Positions 63,731 through 64,000 of a stretch of DNA of 64,000 nucleotides are shown here, piece after piece (positions within the stretch are counted from its first letter, which is position 1; each line of letters opens with the position of its first letter). A model generated the notes under the pieces. The model was not told where the DNA came from, searched no databases, and saw only the letters and a list, made by a program, of their open reading frames with translations. Location of the stretch: contig NW_025765814.1 of assembly GCF_003918875.1 (NCBI RefSeq), positions 1,488,001 to 1,552,000 of the forward strand, given 5' to 3'. The position numbers and the translations under genes were made by a program. This DNA is from Haliotis rubra. Lineage: Eukaryota.

Positions 63731-64000
63731 ATGATGGCTACACAAGATTTCATTCTGCAAGAGGTTGAAGCTGAAATTCATAGTATGGATGAGGAGAGGA
63801 GGTTCCAGGAAATGGATGAGAGGGAAAGAGAGGTACGTCAGAAGAGAAAATTATACAGAGCAAAGATAACAAGAACAATTAATCGATTATTATTGTCAAT
63901 GACAACCAGGAAACTTACTCCACGGAGAGCTGAAAGAGAACTAGATGATCTGCGAACTGATTACAAACAGACTTTATTGTTGAATGCAGAATTGTACAAC
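63731..64000 (+). CDS. Open frame truncated by window end; possibly BEL/Pao LTR-retrotransposon gag N-terminus
   Basis: 90 open codons MMATQDFILQEVEAEIHSMDEERRFQEMDEREREVRQKRKLYRAKITRTINRLL...; helical KRKxxRAKITRxxN pattern recalls BEL/Pao Gag; absent from the ORF track because it has no stop. Confidence 0.4.
   Translation, partial: MMATQDFILQEVEAEIHSMDEERRFQEMDEREREVRQKRKLYRAKITRTINRLLLSMTTRKLTPRRAERELDDLRTDYKQTLLLNAELYN

Overview
Eukaryotic (animal) genomic DNA, about 38-40% GC by eye, with two N-gaps. The SINE and MITE content suggests a gastropod mollusc such as abalone (inference only). 1-17 kb looks like a large intron of a minus-strand gene whose probable non-coding first exon and promoter lie at about 16.8-17.0 kb. 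27.5-37.4 kb holds two intronless minus-strand ORFs of unknown function (439 and 474 aa from the first ATG). 39.6-60.4 kb is a tandem cluster of three minus-strand galactose mutarotase (GALM, aldose 1-epimerase) paralogs. Copies A and B reconstruct completely by hand (8 exons, 342 aa each). Copy C shows only exons 4-8 and carries a +2 frameshift/stop. The most striking feature is that intron 7 of all three paralogs opens with a 33-bp minisatellite (about 49, 18 and 20 units) made of the last 27 nt of exon 7 plus the 6-nt splice donor. This gives a ladder of in-frame alternative 5' splice sites, each adding [11 protein letters not shown] just after the catalytic Glu; the exon 2 acceptor is also duplicated. 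A non-tRNA SINE-like family has a pseudoknotted 5' head and forms 297-bp tandem arrays carrying flanking DNA from a locus 6 kb away. Also present: tRNA-derived SINEs, Tc1 and DIRS remnants, stacked Harbinger-type MITEs, several palindromic elements and minisatellites, and a possible BEL/Pao gag start at the window end.
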